From the IMG/VR virus record IMGVR_UViG_3300014202_000363, positions 1 through 40,932 of that record: DNA of 40,932 nucleotides; one strand, given 5' to 3'. Positions within the stretch are counted from its first letter, which is position 1; each line of letters starts with the position of its first letter. The DNA comes from a virus (lineage: Duplodnaviria; Caudoviricetes). Below the pieces are notes generated by a model. That model was not told the origin of the DNA. It saw only the letters and a list, made by a program, of their open reading frames with translations, and did no database searches. Shown one piece after another: positions 7,076 to 16,084 of this stretch. The translations under genes and the position numbers were made by a program.

Positions 7076-8599
7076 ATGAAAACTACGCAAGAATACGCAC
7101 AAGATTTAGTACGCTGGTCTAAAGATCCCTGGGAGTGGATTAAGGACTGCGTTAAGACGTTGGATGAAAACGATTCCGTCAATCCAATTAAACCCTTCCC
7201 TGTTAATAAGAAATATTTAGAGATTATGTGCCGAGTTTGGCACAAGGAACGCTTTGTCGCGATTCCTAAGTCCCGTCAGATGATGGCATCTTGGCTTATG
7301 GTTAGCCTTCACCTTTGGGATGTTTGGTTTAATAAAGGCCGACTCATTGGCTGTATGTCCAAAAAAGAGGACGTTGCAAACGAACTCTTAAAAAGAATGA
7401 AGTTCATCCATGACAACGTGCCAGAAGATGTTTGGCCTATGGAGCTTCGTCCAAAGCTAGAGTTTGTTTATTGCGAGATTAGAAACAAGGACTTTAGCTC
7501 AAGAGTGATGGCATTGCCAGAAGGCGCGGATCAGGCGCGGTCTTACACTTTCTCAAGGCTTCTTTGTGACGAGATTGCGTTTTGGGATAAGGCTCAAGCT
7601 ACATATTCTGCCGCTATACCGACACTGGGTGCTCATGGTTGCTTGACCGCTATTAGCTCTGCGGCTCCTAGTTTTTTCCACGATATTGTCTTTGATAGCG
7701 TTGATGGAAGTCCTCCGGAGGATGCTGTAAAGATCCACAACCCTATTGAGGGTGTTGATGTCTGGAGAAATAAGAAAAATGGATTTGTCGTAGTTCAGGT
7801 TCACTACACGGCTGATAAAGACAAATACACGGCTGAGGTGCTTGCTCAGAAAAAAGGCTCCATGCCTTATCATCAGTGGATGCAGGAATACGAGATTAGC
7901 TGGGAGACCAAGGTTGGAAAGCCTGTTTACCCAGACTGGTCGAAAAGGGTTCACGCAACCCGTGATCCTCTTTTTCCTCAGCTTGGGATTCCTCTTATTA
8001 TCTCGATTGACCAAGGTTTAACTCCTGCGGCTCTAGTGTCCCAGTATCAAGAAGGTCGATGGGTGTGTTTAAAAGAATACACCGCTGAGAACATGGGAGC
8101 GGAGAGGTTTAGTGAGTACATTACGACGAATCTAAGAAAAGACTTCCGCGACTGGAGAAGTCTCAAAGAGGATTATATCTGCTTCATTGATCCCACTGCT
8201 TTTAGTAGACGTGACGTGGATGAGAGAACTTATGTCACTGTTTTTGCTAAGTATTTCAAGGTTCAGCCAGGTGCCAACGGATTCAACGAGCGAGTGCAAT
8301 CTGTTGAGAATTTACTTACAAGCATGAAGCATGGAAGTCCCAGCTTCATCGTTAGTGAGTCTGGTTGTCCTCAACTTATTCAAGGTTTTGATGGAAAATA
8401 TCATTATCCTGAGAGATTCTTTGAGAAAGAACCAGACAAGGTTAGACCAGAAAAGAACTTTTGGTCAAACATCCATGATGCCTTACAATATGGAGTATCT
8501 GGATTTATGCGTTACATAAACAAGAAGCCAAGGAAACAGGCTGGTAGACCACAATACAAATTCGGTGGGGAATCATATGGACATGGAAATCGTAGGTAA
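7076..8599 (+). CDS. terL: Terminase large subunit
   Basis: Walker A-like PKSRQMMASW, Walker B LLCDEIAF, coupling motif ISS, nuclease IDQG...HDALQY. Confidence 0.95.
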   Translation: MKTTQEYAQDLVRWSKDPWEWIKDCVKTLDENDSVNPIKPFPVNKKYLEIMCRVWHKERFVAIPKSRQMMASWLMVSLHLWDVWFNKGRLIGCMSKKEDVANELLKRMKFIHDNVPEDVWPMELRPKLEFVYCEIRNKDFSSRVMALPEGADQARSYTFSRLLCDEIAFWDKAQATYSAAIPTLGAHGCLTAISSAAPSFFHDIVFDSVDGSPPEDAVKIHNPIEGVDVWRNKKNGFVVVQVHYTADKDKYTAEVLAQKKGSMPYHQWMQEYEISWETKVGKPVYPDWSKRVHATRDPLFPQLGIPLIISIDQGLTPAALVSQYQEGRWVCLKEYTAENMGAERFSEYITTNLRKDFRDWRSLKEDYICFIDPTAFSRRDVDERTYVTVFAKYFKVQPGANGFNERVQSVENLLTSMKHGSPSFIVSESGCPQLIQGFDGKYHYPERFFEKEPDKVRPEKNFWSNIHDALQYGVSGFMRYINKKPRKQAGRPQYKFGGESYGHGNRR

Positions 8600-10508
8600 G
8601 TCATCTGGTAATGAAGACAAGAACTCAAGAGTTATCCAGATCAGTCAGGTTTATAAGCAAGAGTCTGAACAGGCTCGCAGAAACCGCGAAGTATTAAACT
8701 CCCGTAACTGGGACGTTTACCATATGAGACAGGACTGGTCTCACAAGCGTGAAGGCCAGAGTCGTGACTTTCTACCTAAGCAGCGCATGGCTGTTGAGCA
8801 AACTACACAGTTCTTTCAACAGGGACTAATGGATACTACTGATTGGTGGAAAGCGGAGTATGCTCCTGGTGTTCGAGAAGAATCAGTTATTGTTCGCAAA
8901 GAAGAAGTTAAAAAGATTGTTGATCGCTTCTTAGAGATGAATAACTTCATTCCTCTTGTTGGTGATTGCATTAAGACTGGTTTATTAAGCTCGGTTATTA
9001 TTTTAAAAGTTTATGGCGATCACTGTAAGAAGCCTTTCTTCGTTTTTGAGCAAGAATTGACTGAGACTGGTGAAATAAAGAATAAGATTAAGCGTGGATT
9101 CCGTGAGCCTTGGAGTTTGAAATTCTCTTTAGTCCAAGCAGAGAACTTCTACATTGATCCTAGCGGAAAAGGTCTTTACGAGATGGAAGAACTTTACCTG
9201 GATTATTTTGAGGTAAAGCGTTTATCTGAAGGAAAGAACGCTATTTATGATGCCGAAGAGGTAGCGAAGATCGGCACTGATTACCAAGAAGACTGGGATC
9301 ATAAAATTGATAAAGCAAGAGAGACAAATCAGAATGTTCCAACTGAACAACGTCCAAAGGTAAAGATCCAAGAGTTTTGGGGCACTGTTGTTGATACCGT
9401 TACTGGTGAGATTCTTTTCGAGAATGTTACCTGGACGATTGCAAATGATCAGTTTTTGATCTGTAAGCCTAAGCCAAATCCAATGTGGACTGGAGAGAGT
9501 CCTTATGTTGTGGCTCCAATTATCCGAGTGCCTGGATCTGTTTGGCATACAGCCATGATGGATGCGGCATCAGCTAATAACATCACTCAGAACGAGCTTT
9601 GGAACCTGATGGTTGACGGAGCTATGATGGGTGTTTACGGGATTAAGCAGTATCGTCCGGACTACATGGAAGATGATTCTCAGGCAGACGAAGGATTTTA
9701 CCCTGGTCAGTCTGTTGCAGCTAACTCCGCTTGTCCTCCTGGCATGAAGATCCTTGAGCGTATTGATACATCAAGCGTTACTCAAGAGAGTCTTGCGATG
9801 TTTCAGCTTCAAAACGCTGAGTTCAATGTGGCTGCAATGACGAACGATTTACGGATGGGTAATCTTCCTGGTAGGTCTGTAAAAGCCACAGAAGTAGTTG
9901 AAGCGAACCAAAGTATTAACTCTGTGTTTGGTGGGATTGCGAAAGTATTAGAAGACCAATTTATTGTTAAATTACTGAATAAATCCTGGAACCTGATTCT
10001 TCAGCATATTGGTGAGATTGACTTTAAAGAATTGAAGGATCTTCTCGGCGAAGAAAGAGCTATGGAATTAACTTCAATTAGTTCTGAACAGGTGTTCTCG
10101 AATATGTTTGGTGGCAACGTATTTGAAGTGTTTGGAATGAGTAAGACTCTTTCTAAGATGAAAGACTTCAGAAAGCTCATGACATTTCTTCAAACGGTTG
10201 CTGCAAGTCCAGTTCTTATGCAGGAGTTTGCATCGAAATACTCTATGCAGAGACTCATGGAAGAATTTCTTCGTTCTCTCGATATCAACACTGAAAGACT
10301 AAAGATGGATGAAAGAGAGCAAGCTGAAACCCAACAGCGCATGATGCAAGCAATGATGCAGCAACAGATGCTTAATGTGGGTGGAAATGTTGGCGGTGGA
10401 GGAGCAGGAACCGATCAAGGAAATATTCCTCAAGCCGGAAGTGAGAATACGGGTTCAATGGGTGGCGGCCCGATGGGCACTCCGCAACCGAATGGCCCAA
10501 GGAGATAA
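8577..10508 (+). CDS. Portal protein
   Basis: About 640 aa directly after terL; KATEV motif and Gln/Gly-rich tail typical of podovirus portals; ATG 8577 preferred over GTG 8565. Confidence 0.85.
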   Translation: MDMEIVGKSSGNEDKNSRVIQISQVYKQESEQARRNREVLNSRNWDVYHMRQDWSHKREGQSRDFLPKQRMAVEQTTQFFQQGLMDTTDWWKAEYAPGVREESVIVRKEEVKKIVDRFLEMNNFIPLVGDCIKTGLLSSVIILKVYGDHCKKPFFVFEQELTETGEIKNKIKRGFREPWSLKFSLVQAENFYIDPSGKGLYEMEELYLDYFEVKRLSEGKNAIYDAEEVAKIGTDYQEDWDHKIDKARETNQNVPTEQRPKVKIQEFWGTVVDTVTGEILFENVTWTIANDQFLICKPKPNPMWTGESPYVVAPIIRVPGSVWHTAMMDAASANNITQNELWNLMVDGAMMGVYGIKQYRPDYMEDDSQADEGFYPGQSVAANSACPPGMKILERIDTSSVTQESLAMFQLQNAEFNVAAMTNDLRMGNLPGRSVKATEVVEANQSINSVFGGIAKVLEDQFIVKLLNKSWNLILQHIGEIDFKELKDLLGEERAMELTSISSEQVFSNMFGGNVFEVFGMSKTLSKMKDFRKLMTFLQTVAASPVLMQEFASKYSMQRLMEEFLRSLDINTERLKMDEREQAETQQRMMQAMMQQQMLNVGGNVGGGGAGTDQGNIPQAGSENTGSMGGGPMGTPQPNGPRR

Positions 10509-10511
10509 TAA

Positions 10512-10775
10512 ATGAGTGATTACGACAAAGTCCTACGCGTTGTCGAAAAGGGCAGACAAGCCGAGCTTGCTGCCGAGTTTTTTAAAAGTTTCTTAGCCGA
10601 TAAGGTTGAGGAGGTCAGTCGAAAGATTGACGTATTAGTTCAAACAAAAGCCAGTGATCCTAATTTGTTCATGGCCCAGTGTTATGTGTTCACGGAATTA
10701 AGGACACAGATCAAGCATCTGGAACAAGCCATTATGCGCTCAAGGGTTGCGGAGGCTAAACAACACGGAGGATAG
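10512..10775 (+). CDS. Small helical head-assembly protein
   Basis: Position between portal and scaffold. Confidence 0.7.
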   Translation: MSDYDKVLRVVEKGRQAELAAEFFKSFLADKVEEVSRKIDVLVQTKASDPNLFMAQCYVFTELRTQIKHLEQAIMRSRVAEAKQHGG

Positions 10776-10780
10776 TACCT

Positions 10781-11560
10781 ATGCAAGAAACCCAAACCCA
10801 AGGAAAGGGAATGGCAGAGCAGTTAAAACAAGCCCAGCAGAATCATGATTTCAAAGAAGAGATTACGAATCCTGCTCAATCAGAAGGCCAGACTCAGGAA
10901 GCGGCCCTGTCGTTTCCAGATATTACTTTCAATCAAGAAGGTAAGCCAGAGGGCGGTCATCATGACGTTCCAGTCAAGAAAGAGCCTCCTACCGAGATTC
11001 GACTGGGTAGCCGAGTGTTTGGATCCCAATCAGAGCTTCAAGGGTATCTTGAGCAGCTAGAGGAAACCAAGGGTCGCTATCAAGCGGTTCAGGCTCAGTT
11101 TCAGCCACAACAAGTTCAGCAACAACCCGAAGAAGACCTTGAGCAAATCTTTTGGTCAGATCCTAAGAAATACACAGAGATTGTCGAGACTCGCGCCATT
11201 AGTCGCATGAAGGAAGAAATGAACCGTGAGACTAAGTCCAAAGAAATAGAAGACCGTTTCTATCGGACAAACTCTGACCTTTCACAAGCTAAAACATTGG
11301 TAAAAGCTATAACGGCTGAACTTGCATCAAAAAATGAGCTTGCAGGTTTAACCGAAGATGCTGCATTATCGAAGATAGCGCAAGCAGCACGACGTGAGTT
11401 GTATGCACTTCGCGGACAAAAGATGCCTACAGAAGAGTTAGCATCTGGCCCCGTGAGAGTTGCCGGCAGTTCTAGTGGTGCACCAGTTCAGTCAAGTGTT
11501 CAGGCCCATAAGCCTAAATCCTTTATTGAACAGATGAAGTCTCTTCACAGGAAGGGATAA
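10781..11560 (+). CDS. Capsid scaffolding protein
   Basis: Gln/Glu-rich, helical, directly upstream of the capsid gene; SD GGAGGA. Confidence 0.75.
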   Translation: MQETQTQGKGMAEQLKQAQQNHDFKEEITNPAQSEGQTQEAALSFPDITFNQEGKPEGGHHDVPVKKEPPTEIRLGSRVFGSQSELQGYLEQLEETKGRYQAVQAQFQPQQVQQQPEEDLEQIFWSDPKKYTEIVETRAISRMKEEMNRETKSKEIEDRFYRTNSDLSQAKTLVKAITAELASKNELAGLTEDAALSKIAQAARRELYALRGQKMPTEELASGPVRVAGSSSGAPVQSSVQAHKPKSFIEQMKSLHRKG

Positions 11561-11569
11561 AGTTTAACC

Positions 11570-11604
11570 GCCGATATTGGAGCAAGGAATAGCTCTAGTG
11601 AGGC
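11570..11604 (+). promoter_or_regulatory. Stem-loop in capsid mRNA leader
   Basis: GCC-GA-T-ATTGGAGC / GCTCTAGT-GA-GGC with G-U pairs, just before SD AAGGAGG. Confidence 0.45.
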
Positions 11605-11619
11605 AAACAAGGAGGTCAT

Positions 11620-12573
11620 ATGAATTTTACATGGAGTTTTGACGCACCAAATGGCGTTTATAAGAACCATGCAATGTCTGAACAGTTACGTTATGCTGCA
11701 ATTGCTCAAACTAAGTTTATGCAATTCGTTCGTCCAGAAAGCGGCTACGGTCGCAAAAAAGGCGAAAGCATCACTATTTCTCGCGTTTCTAACCTGGATG
11801 TTCCAGGTGACGGACGAATCACTGAAGGTCAGAACATCCCTGAAGATCAGTTAACGCTTTCAACAAAAGCGATCACTGTTACTGAATGGGGTCGTGCTGT
11901 TCCTTTCACATCTCTTTCTGATGATCTTTCTAAGTTCGATGTTGAAAACATCGTTCAGAAGAATCTCATGAAGCAAATGAGTTTGGTAATGGACAACGCT
12001 GCTGCAGGAGCTTTCAAGTCTAGCGATGTAAAAATCGCTGCTGTTGCTACTGGAGCTGCTTCTATCAACATCGCAACAAACGGTGTTTACGGAGCAACTG
12101 CTTTGTCGAACATGAAAATGTACCACGTTGAAGAGATCCGCGATTATATGCACGGAACTTTAAAAATGCCTGGAATCAATGATGGAAACGACTACATCTG
12201 TATCGCTTCTACCAAAGTATGCCGAGGTATTAAAAGTGATCCAAACTGGGAAACATGGAACAAGTACACAAACCCAGAAGCAAAGTACAATGGCGAGATC
12301 GGACGTATTGAAGGAATCCGTTTCATCGAAACGAATAACTTCGGTGCTTTAGAGAACTCTGTTGGCTCTGGTGGCGTTACTGGTGAAGCTGTCTTCTTCG
12401 GTGACGATGCTGTTGCTATGGCTGTTGTTCTTGATCCAGAACTTCGCGCAGAAATTCCACGGGACTTCGGTCGTCAAAAAGCCGTTGCTTGGTACGGAAT
12501 TGCTGAGTTCGGCACTGTGTGGGACACATCTTCGCCAGGCGAGGCAAGGGTGGTTAAGTTTGGTAGTTTGTGA
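11620..12573 (+). CDS. Major capsid protein (N4-gp56-like family)
   Basis: GRKKGESITI and GEIGRIEGIRFIET motifs; strong SD AAGGAGG; biased codon usage. Confidence 0.9.
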   Translation: MNFTWSFDAPNGVYKNHAMSEQLRYAAIAQTKFMQFVRPESGYGRKKGESITISRVSNLDVPGDGRITEGQNIPEDQLTLSTKAITVTEWGRAVPFTSLSDDLSKFDVENIVQKNLMKQMSLVMDNAAAGAFKSSDVKIAAVATGAASINIATNGVYGATALSNMKMYHVEEIRDYMHGTLKMPGINDGNDYICIASTKVCRGIKSDPNWETWNKYTNPEAKYNGEIGRIEGIRFIETNNFGALENSVGSGGVTGEAVFFGDDAVAMAVVLDPELRAEIPRDFGRQKAVAWYGIAEFGTVWDTSSPGEARVVKFGSL

Positions 12574-12629
12574 TATTTTTATCTATCCCATTCTTGTCTT
12601 TTGTGGTTTAAAAGCCACAGGAGGCGGGA

Positions 12630-13241
12630 ATGGGAAGAAAAAGCACAAGACAGTACGTTGTTGAGGCGAATTGTGAAAAATGTAAAAAACTTTTCAAAGC
12701 AAACTGGAGCACAAAGTATAACCGATACACTCGGTTTTGTTCCAGTGAGTGCAGGGAGCAAAGTAGGAACGGATCAGAAATTCGCAACTGCTTGCACTGC
12801 GGAGAGGAATACAAAGTTTTCAAGTGTCACCTCAATAGAGCAAAACAAAGAGGAACTAATCAAGGTCACTTCTGTAGCAAGAAGTGTGGCTACGATTACA
12901 GAGAGAAGCCTGAAGCAGGTAGAACTAGGTATGAAAATGGTTATATCTGTGAAACCGCTCCAGACCATCCAGTTGTTTTGGCAAGAGTTGCTAAAGGAAG
13001 TAGGAATTACTTTATCCGGCAGCATCGACTTGTCATGGAAAAACATATTGGAAGGATTCTTGAACCCTTTGAAAACGTCCATCACAAAAATGGGATCAGA
13101 GATGATAACAGGATTGAAAATCTTGAACTCTGGTCTAAAGGTCAACCCGCAGGTCAGCGTAAAGATGATTTGCATAAAGAGATTGAACGACTCAATAATG
13201 TTATTAAAGAGTTACAGTCTCAATTAACAGGAGGAATTTAA
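12630..13241 (+). CDS. Free-standing HNH endonuclease with N-terminal zinc-ribbon repeats
   Basis: CxxC...FCSxxC twice; HRLVME...[16 protein letters not shown]. Confidence 0.92.
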   Translation: MGRKSTRQYVVEANCEKCKKLFKANWSTKYNRYTRFCSSECREQSRNGSEIRNCLHCGEEYKVFKCHLNRAKQRGTNQGHFCSKKCGYDYREKPEAGRTRYENGYICETAPDHPVVLARVAKGSRNYFIRQHRLVMEKHIGRILEPFENVHHKNGIRDDNRIENLELWSKGQPAGQRKDDLHKEIERLNNVIKELQSQLTGGI

Positions 13242-13242
13242 A

Positions 13243-13671
13243 ATGTACGTCTATCCTAATATTAGTCCAATGCCTGTAGTAGTAGCTGCCCAGTCTCTGG
13301 GTTCTGCTGTTGTAGTCAATCAGTTCTTATGTCAGCGTTCAGTGAGCCTTGTGTTCATTGGATTCTCGATCTCAACTCAAACCGTTTCTAGTGGCAACAT
13401 TGTTGTTACTGTTAAGAAGCGTAATGCAGTTAGTAGTTCTTCCGGTGAAACCACCGTAAGTACTATCACTATTCCTACTGCAGCAACTGTTGGTCAGGTG
13501 TACGGAAAGTACATCGATCCAGTGGTTTTCGGTGTTGGCGATGTTATCGCGTTTGAAGTAACCACAGCTTATGCTGGCGGTGGTGCTGATGGAGCAGGAT
13601 TTTCGATGATTCAGGTTAACTACTCTCCAGAAGAGTTAGATAATAACGCTGACTTCGTATTGTCTGCTTAG
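13243..13671 (+). CDS. Virion structural protein (possible capsid decoration)
   Basis: SD AGGAGG; beta-rich, Val/Ser/Thr-rich; follows capsid gene. Confidence 0.65.
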   Translation: MYVYPNISPMPVVVAAQSLGSAVVVNQFLCQRSVSLVFIGFSISTQTVSSGNIVVTVKKRNAVSSSSGETTVSTITIPTAATVGQVYGKYIDPVVFGVGDVIAFEVTTAYAGGGADGAGFSMIQVNYSPEELDNNADFVLSA

Positions 13672-13680
13672 TAAAACTTT

Positions 13681-13724
13681 GCGGGTGGCCCATTGGTTAG
13701 CGTAGGAACCGTTGGGCTACCCGT
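13681..13724 (+). promoter_or_regulatory. Long intergenic RNA hairpin (processing or termination signal)
   Basis: GCGGGTGGCCCA/TGGGCTACCCGT stem with G-U pairs plus inner GGTT/AACC; no U-tract. Confidence 0.6.
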
Positions 13725-13742
13725 AATCTTAAAGGAGGATTT

Positions 13743-14102
13743 ATGGCCGCAATTGCAAGTTCAGATGTAACTTATGTTTTAGATCAGCGAAACGGTGTTA
13801 TCTCGGATAAAGATAAGCGTTACGACGCTGAGATCACTTTCGGAGATGGAGCTTTGACTTATCCTGCTGGTGGAATTCCGCTAGACAAAAGTTTGCTCGG
13901 ATTCCGAAATTATTTAAATGATTTAGTCCTGGTTGACGCGTCAAATGGAGACGGACTTATTTATAAGTTTGACAAAACAAACGGTAAGATCCGAATATAC
14001 CAAGGCGAGTACACAGCGATGGCAGATGGCCCATTGATTGAGCTAGATGTTGCTGCTACCCCTGCTGCTACTACTTTAAAAGCAATCGTTTACGGAGATT
14101 AA
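13743..14102 (+). CDS. Virion structural protein
   Basis: SD AAGGAGG; YPAGGIPL...YKFDKTNGKIRIY motif common in phage head-associated proteins. Confidence 0.7.
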   Translation: MAAIASSDVTYVLDQRNGVISDKDKRYDAEITFGDGALTYPAGGIPLDKSLLGFRNYLNDLVLVDASNGDGLIYKFDKTNGKIRIYQGEYTAMADGPLIELDVAATPAATTLKAIVYGD

Positions 14103-14104
14103 AA

Positions 14105-14434
14105 ATGAATCCTACGCAAAAATTAAACTGGCCTGTAGTCGGTGAAAACGGAAAACTAGACCTTCGCGGAGCTTTACGAGATCCTAAGACTGGTCATATT
14201 TACGCAACACGGTCTTACATTCGTGAATCACGCGAAGGTGAGATTCCATATTATCGCTTTTTAGATGGAGAATATGCCGGACAGGTTTATACTGAAGATG
14301 GCAAGCGTCATCCAGAGCGAGAAGCAAGCCAAGAGGTGAAAGATGTCGAAACAGAACGTACTGTTACTTCAGACAGGGTATCTGGGAACCGGAAAGAATC
14401 CGGTACTCGTAGCACCAGCCAACCAACAGCTTGA
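14105..14434 (+). CDS. Hypothetical protein
   Basis: SD GGAG; C-terminus overlaps next gene. Confidence 0.65.
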   Translation: MNPTQKLNWPVVGENGKLDLRGALRDPKTGHIYATRSYIRESREGEIPYYRFLDGEYAGQVYTEDGKRHPEREASQEVKDVETERTVTSDRVSGNRKESGTRSTSQPTA

Positions 14435-15089
14435 GATCTTATCTGCCAAGGTAGCTAACGAAAGCGGTGGAGCTTCTAACTTAGGTGTTGGGAGATCTAT
14501 CGCTGACAGTGATTTCAAGTTCTTTTTGGTTGATGATTCAGCTAGTCCTGAAGCAACTGATGTAACCAGTACTATTCAGGGTGGTGGATCTGTAAACATA
14601 TTCTCTACCACGAATGACGATGGATTCTCTGTTGGGAGTATTCGGAAGTTTTCTAATCTGGTTCTTACTGTGACCCAGGCAGAAGCTGGTTCTCCGGTTT
14701 ACGTTTATCAGTACTTTAACGGCACCGCTCTTGCTACTTTAACTGGAATTTCGTTACCCACTGCTTACACTGCAGCAGATATATCGTTAGTATTTAATCC
14801 TCCTAATAACTGGGCTAAGGGTGGCCCTTCTGGGTTTGGACTAGATCCTGATATGTATCATATTGTGGTTACAGCTAGTACGGCTCCATCTCAGGCGGTA
14901 ATTGCTAACGCTGTTAAGGTTATATCGATGTTTCAAATCAAGAAGTCTGTTGCTGATAAAGGCGAGTTGATGACCGACCTTACAGCAACCGAGGGAATTA
15001 TTCTTCAAAGTGGTGAAGGAATTGTGCCTTATTTTAGCAATTCTCACGTGGATAACAATGTTCAAGTAGTTTATCGAATCCAGAAATAA
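14343..15089 (+). CDS. Beta-rich virion structural protein
   Basis: SD GAGGTG; structural-gene composition and context. Confidence 0.7.
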   Translation: MSKQNVLLLQTGYLGTGKNPVLVAPANQQLEILSAKVANESGGASNLGVGRSIADSDFKFFLVDDSASPEATDVTSTIQGGGSVNIFSTTNDDGFSVGSIRKFSNLVLTVTQAEAGSPVYVYQYFNGTALATLTGISLPTAYTAADISLVFNPPNNWAKGGPSGFGLDPDMYHIVVTASTAPSQAVIANAVKVISMFQIKKSVADKGELMTDLTATEGIILQSGEGIVPYFSNSHVDNNVQVVYRIQK

Positions 15090-15100
15090 GGGAGGCATAG

Positions 15101-16084
15101 ATGTACCTGACAACCAGTGAACAGATCATCAGTCAGGCCCTACACTTTGCCGGAGAGAGTTCTGATTTACTATCTGCACAATACCCATCTGAATTCAGAG
15201 TTGACGCTTTAACCTATTTAAACAGGCTTCAGCTCGCTATTTTGTCTGGTTCTAACGAGTTCAATGTGGATATGGGTGAACCATTCCCATGGGCTTTGGA
15301 GCCAAATCCATTGTCGATTAAGCTTGAAACTTCGATTAGCATACTAGTTGATGTCACAGAAGGATCGACGACGATCACGTTTCCATCGGCTCCTCCGGTT
15401 AATTTACTCGGACGATACATCCGTGTTGATGGTACTCCTAACTTTTATCGTATTACTGCTCACACTGGAGTCACTACTACCGCAACTATTGATTTCGGAT
15501 ACATTGGTGAGACTGTTTCTGGAGTAGGGTCTAATATCTATAAGCTAGACTACTCTCTTGGAAGCAGTATTGTTCGACTGAGTGGAGCTATGCGGATTAC
15601 GGCTTTAGCTGTTCCTAATCAGTTCCAACAAGCTTTTATAAGTAATATGGACTCAATCAATAGAGAGTTTCCTCTTACTTATTTGCAAAGCCGTATGCCA
15701 GATGCTTTTGCTATTAAGACGGTTAATAATTCAACCAACGAATACACGATTAGAATCAATACTAATCCAAATATCGAGGCTAGAGCTGATATCGATTACA
15801 TTAAGATACCAACCGCCTTGACTGATGCATCTAGCAGCACCCCTTTGTGTCCTTTGATTCATAGAATGATTTTGGTTTACGGAGTCGCTTATTACATTCT
15901 TAAAGACAAGAATGATGATCAAGCCAATGACTACTTTTCTAAGACTCAGATTGGTTTACTGTCAATGGTTAAGGAAGCTAAAGCGCAGCGTTCGGCTTCT
16001 AACTTTGATCGAGCAAGAGTAGTACCTCGAAGGGAGCAGAAATCCAACATCAAGCGTCCTTGGTTTGGAATCTGGAATTACTGA
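15101..16084 (+). CDS. Head-tail adaptor / tail tubular protein A-like
   Basis: N-terminal helices (ALTYLNRLQ), C-terminal TPLCPLIHRMILVYGVAY; position before nozzle gene. Confidence 0.65.
   Translation: MYLTTSEQIISQALHFAGESSDLLSAQYPSEFRVDALTYLNRLQLAILSGSNEFNVDMGEPFPWALEPNPLSIKLETSISILVDVTEGSTTITFPSAPPVNLLGRYIRVDGTPNFYRITAHTGVTTTATIDFGYIGETVSGVGSNIYKLDYSLGSSIVRLSGAMRITALAVPNQFQQAFISNMDSINREFPLTYLQSRMPDAFAIKTVNNSTNEYTIRINTNPNIEARADIDYIKIPTALTDASSSTPLCPLIHRMILVYGVAYYILKDKNDDQANDYFSKTQIGLLSMVKEAKAQRSASNFDRARVVPRREQKSNIKRPWFGIWNY

Noticed and set aside
12601-13227. 208-aa overlapping + strand ORF
   Set aside because: Alternative frame of the HNH gene with TTG start and no recognisable motifs.
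12574-13242. Group I intron carrying the HNH gene
   Set aside because: The capsid gene ends naturally, flanks are too short for a ribozyme core, and the next gene has its own SD and start.
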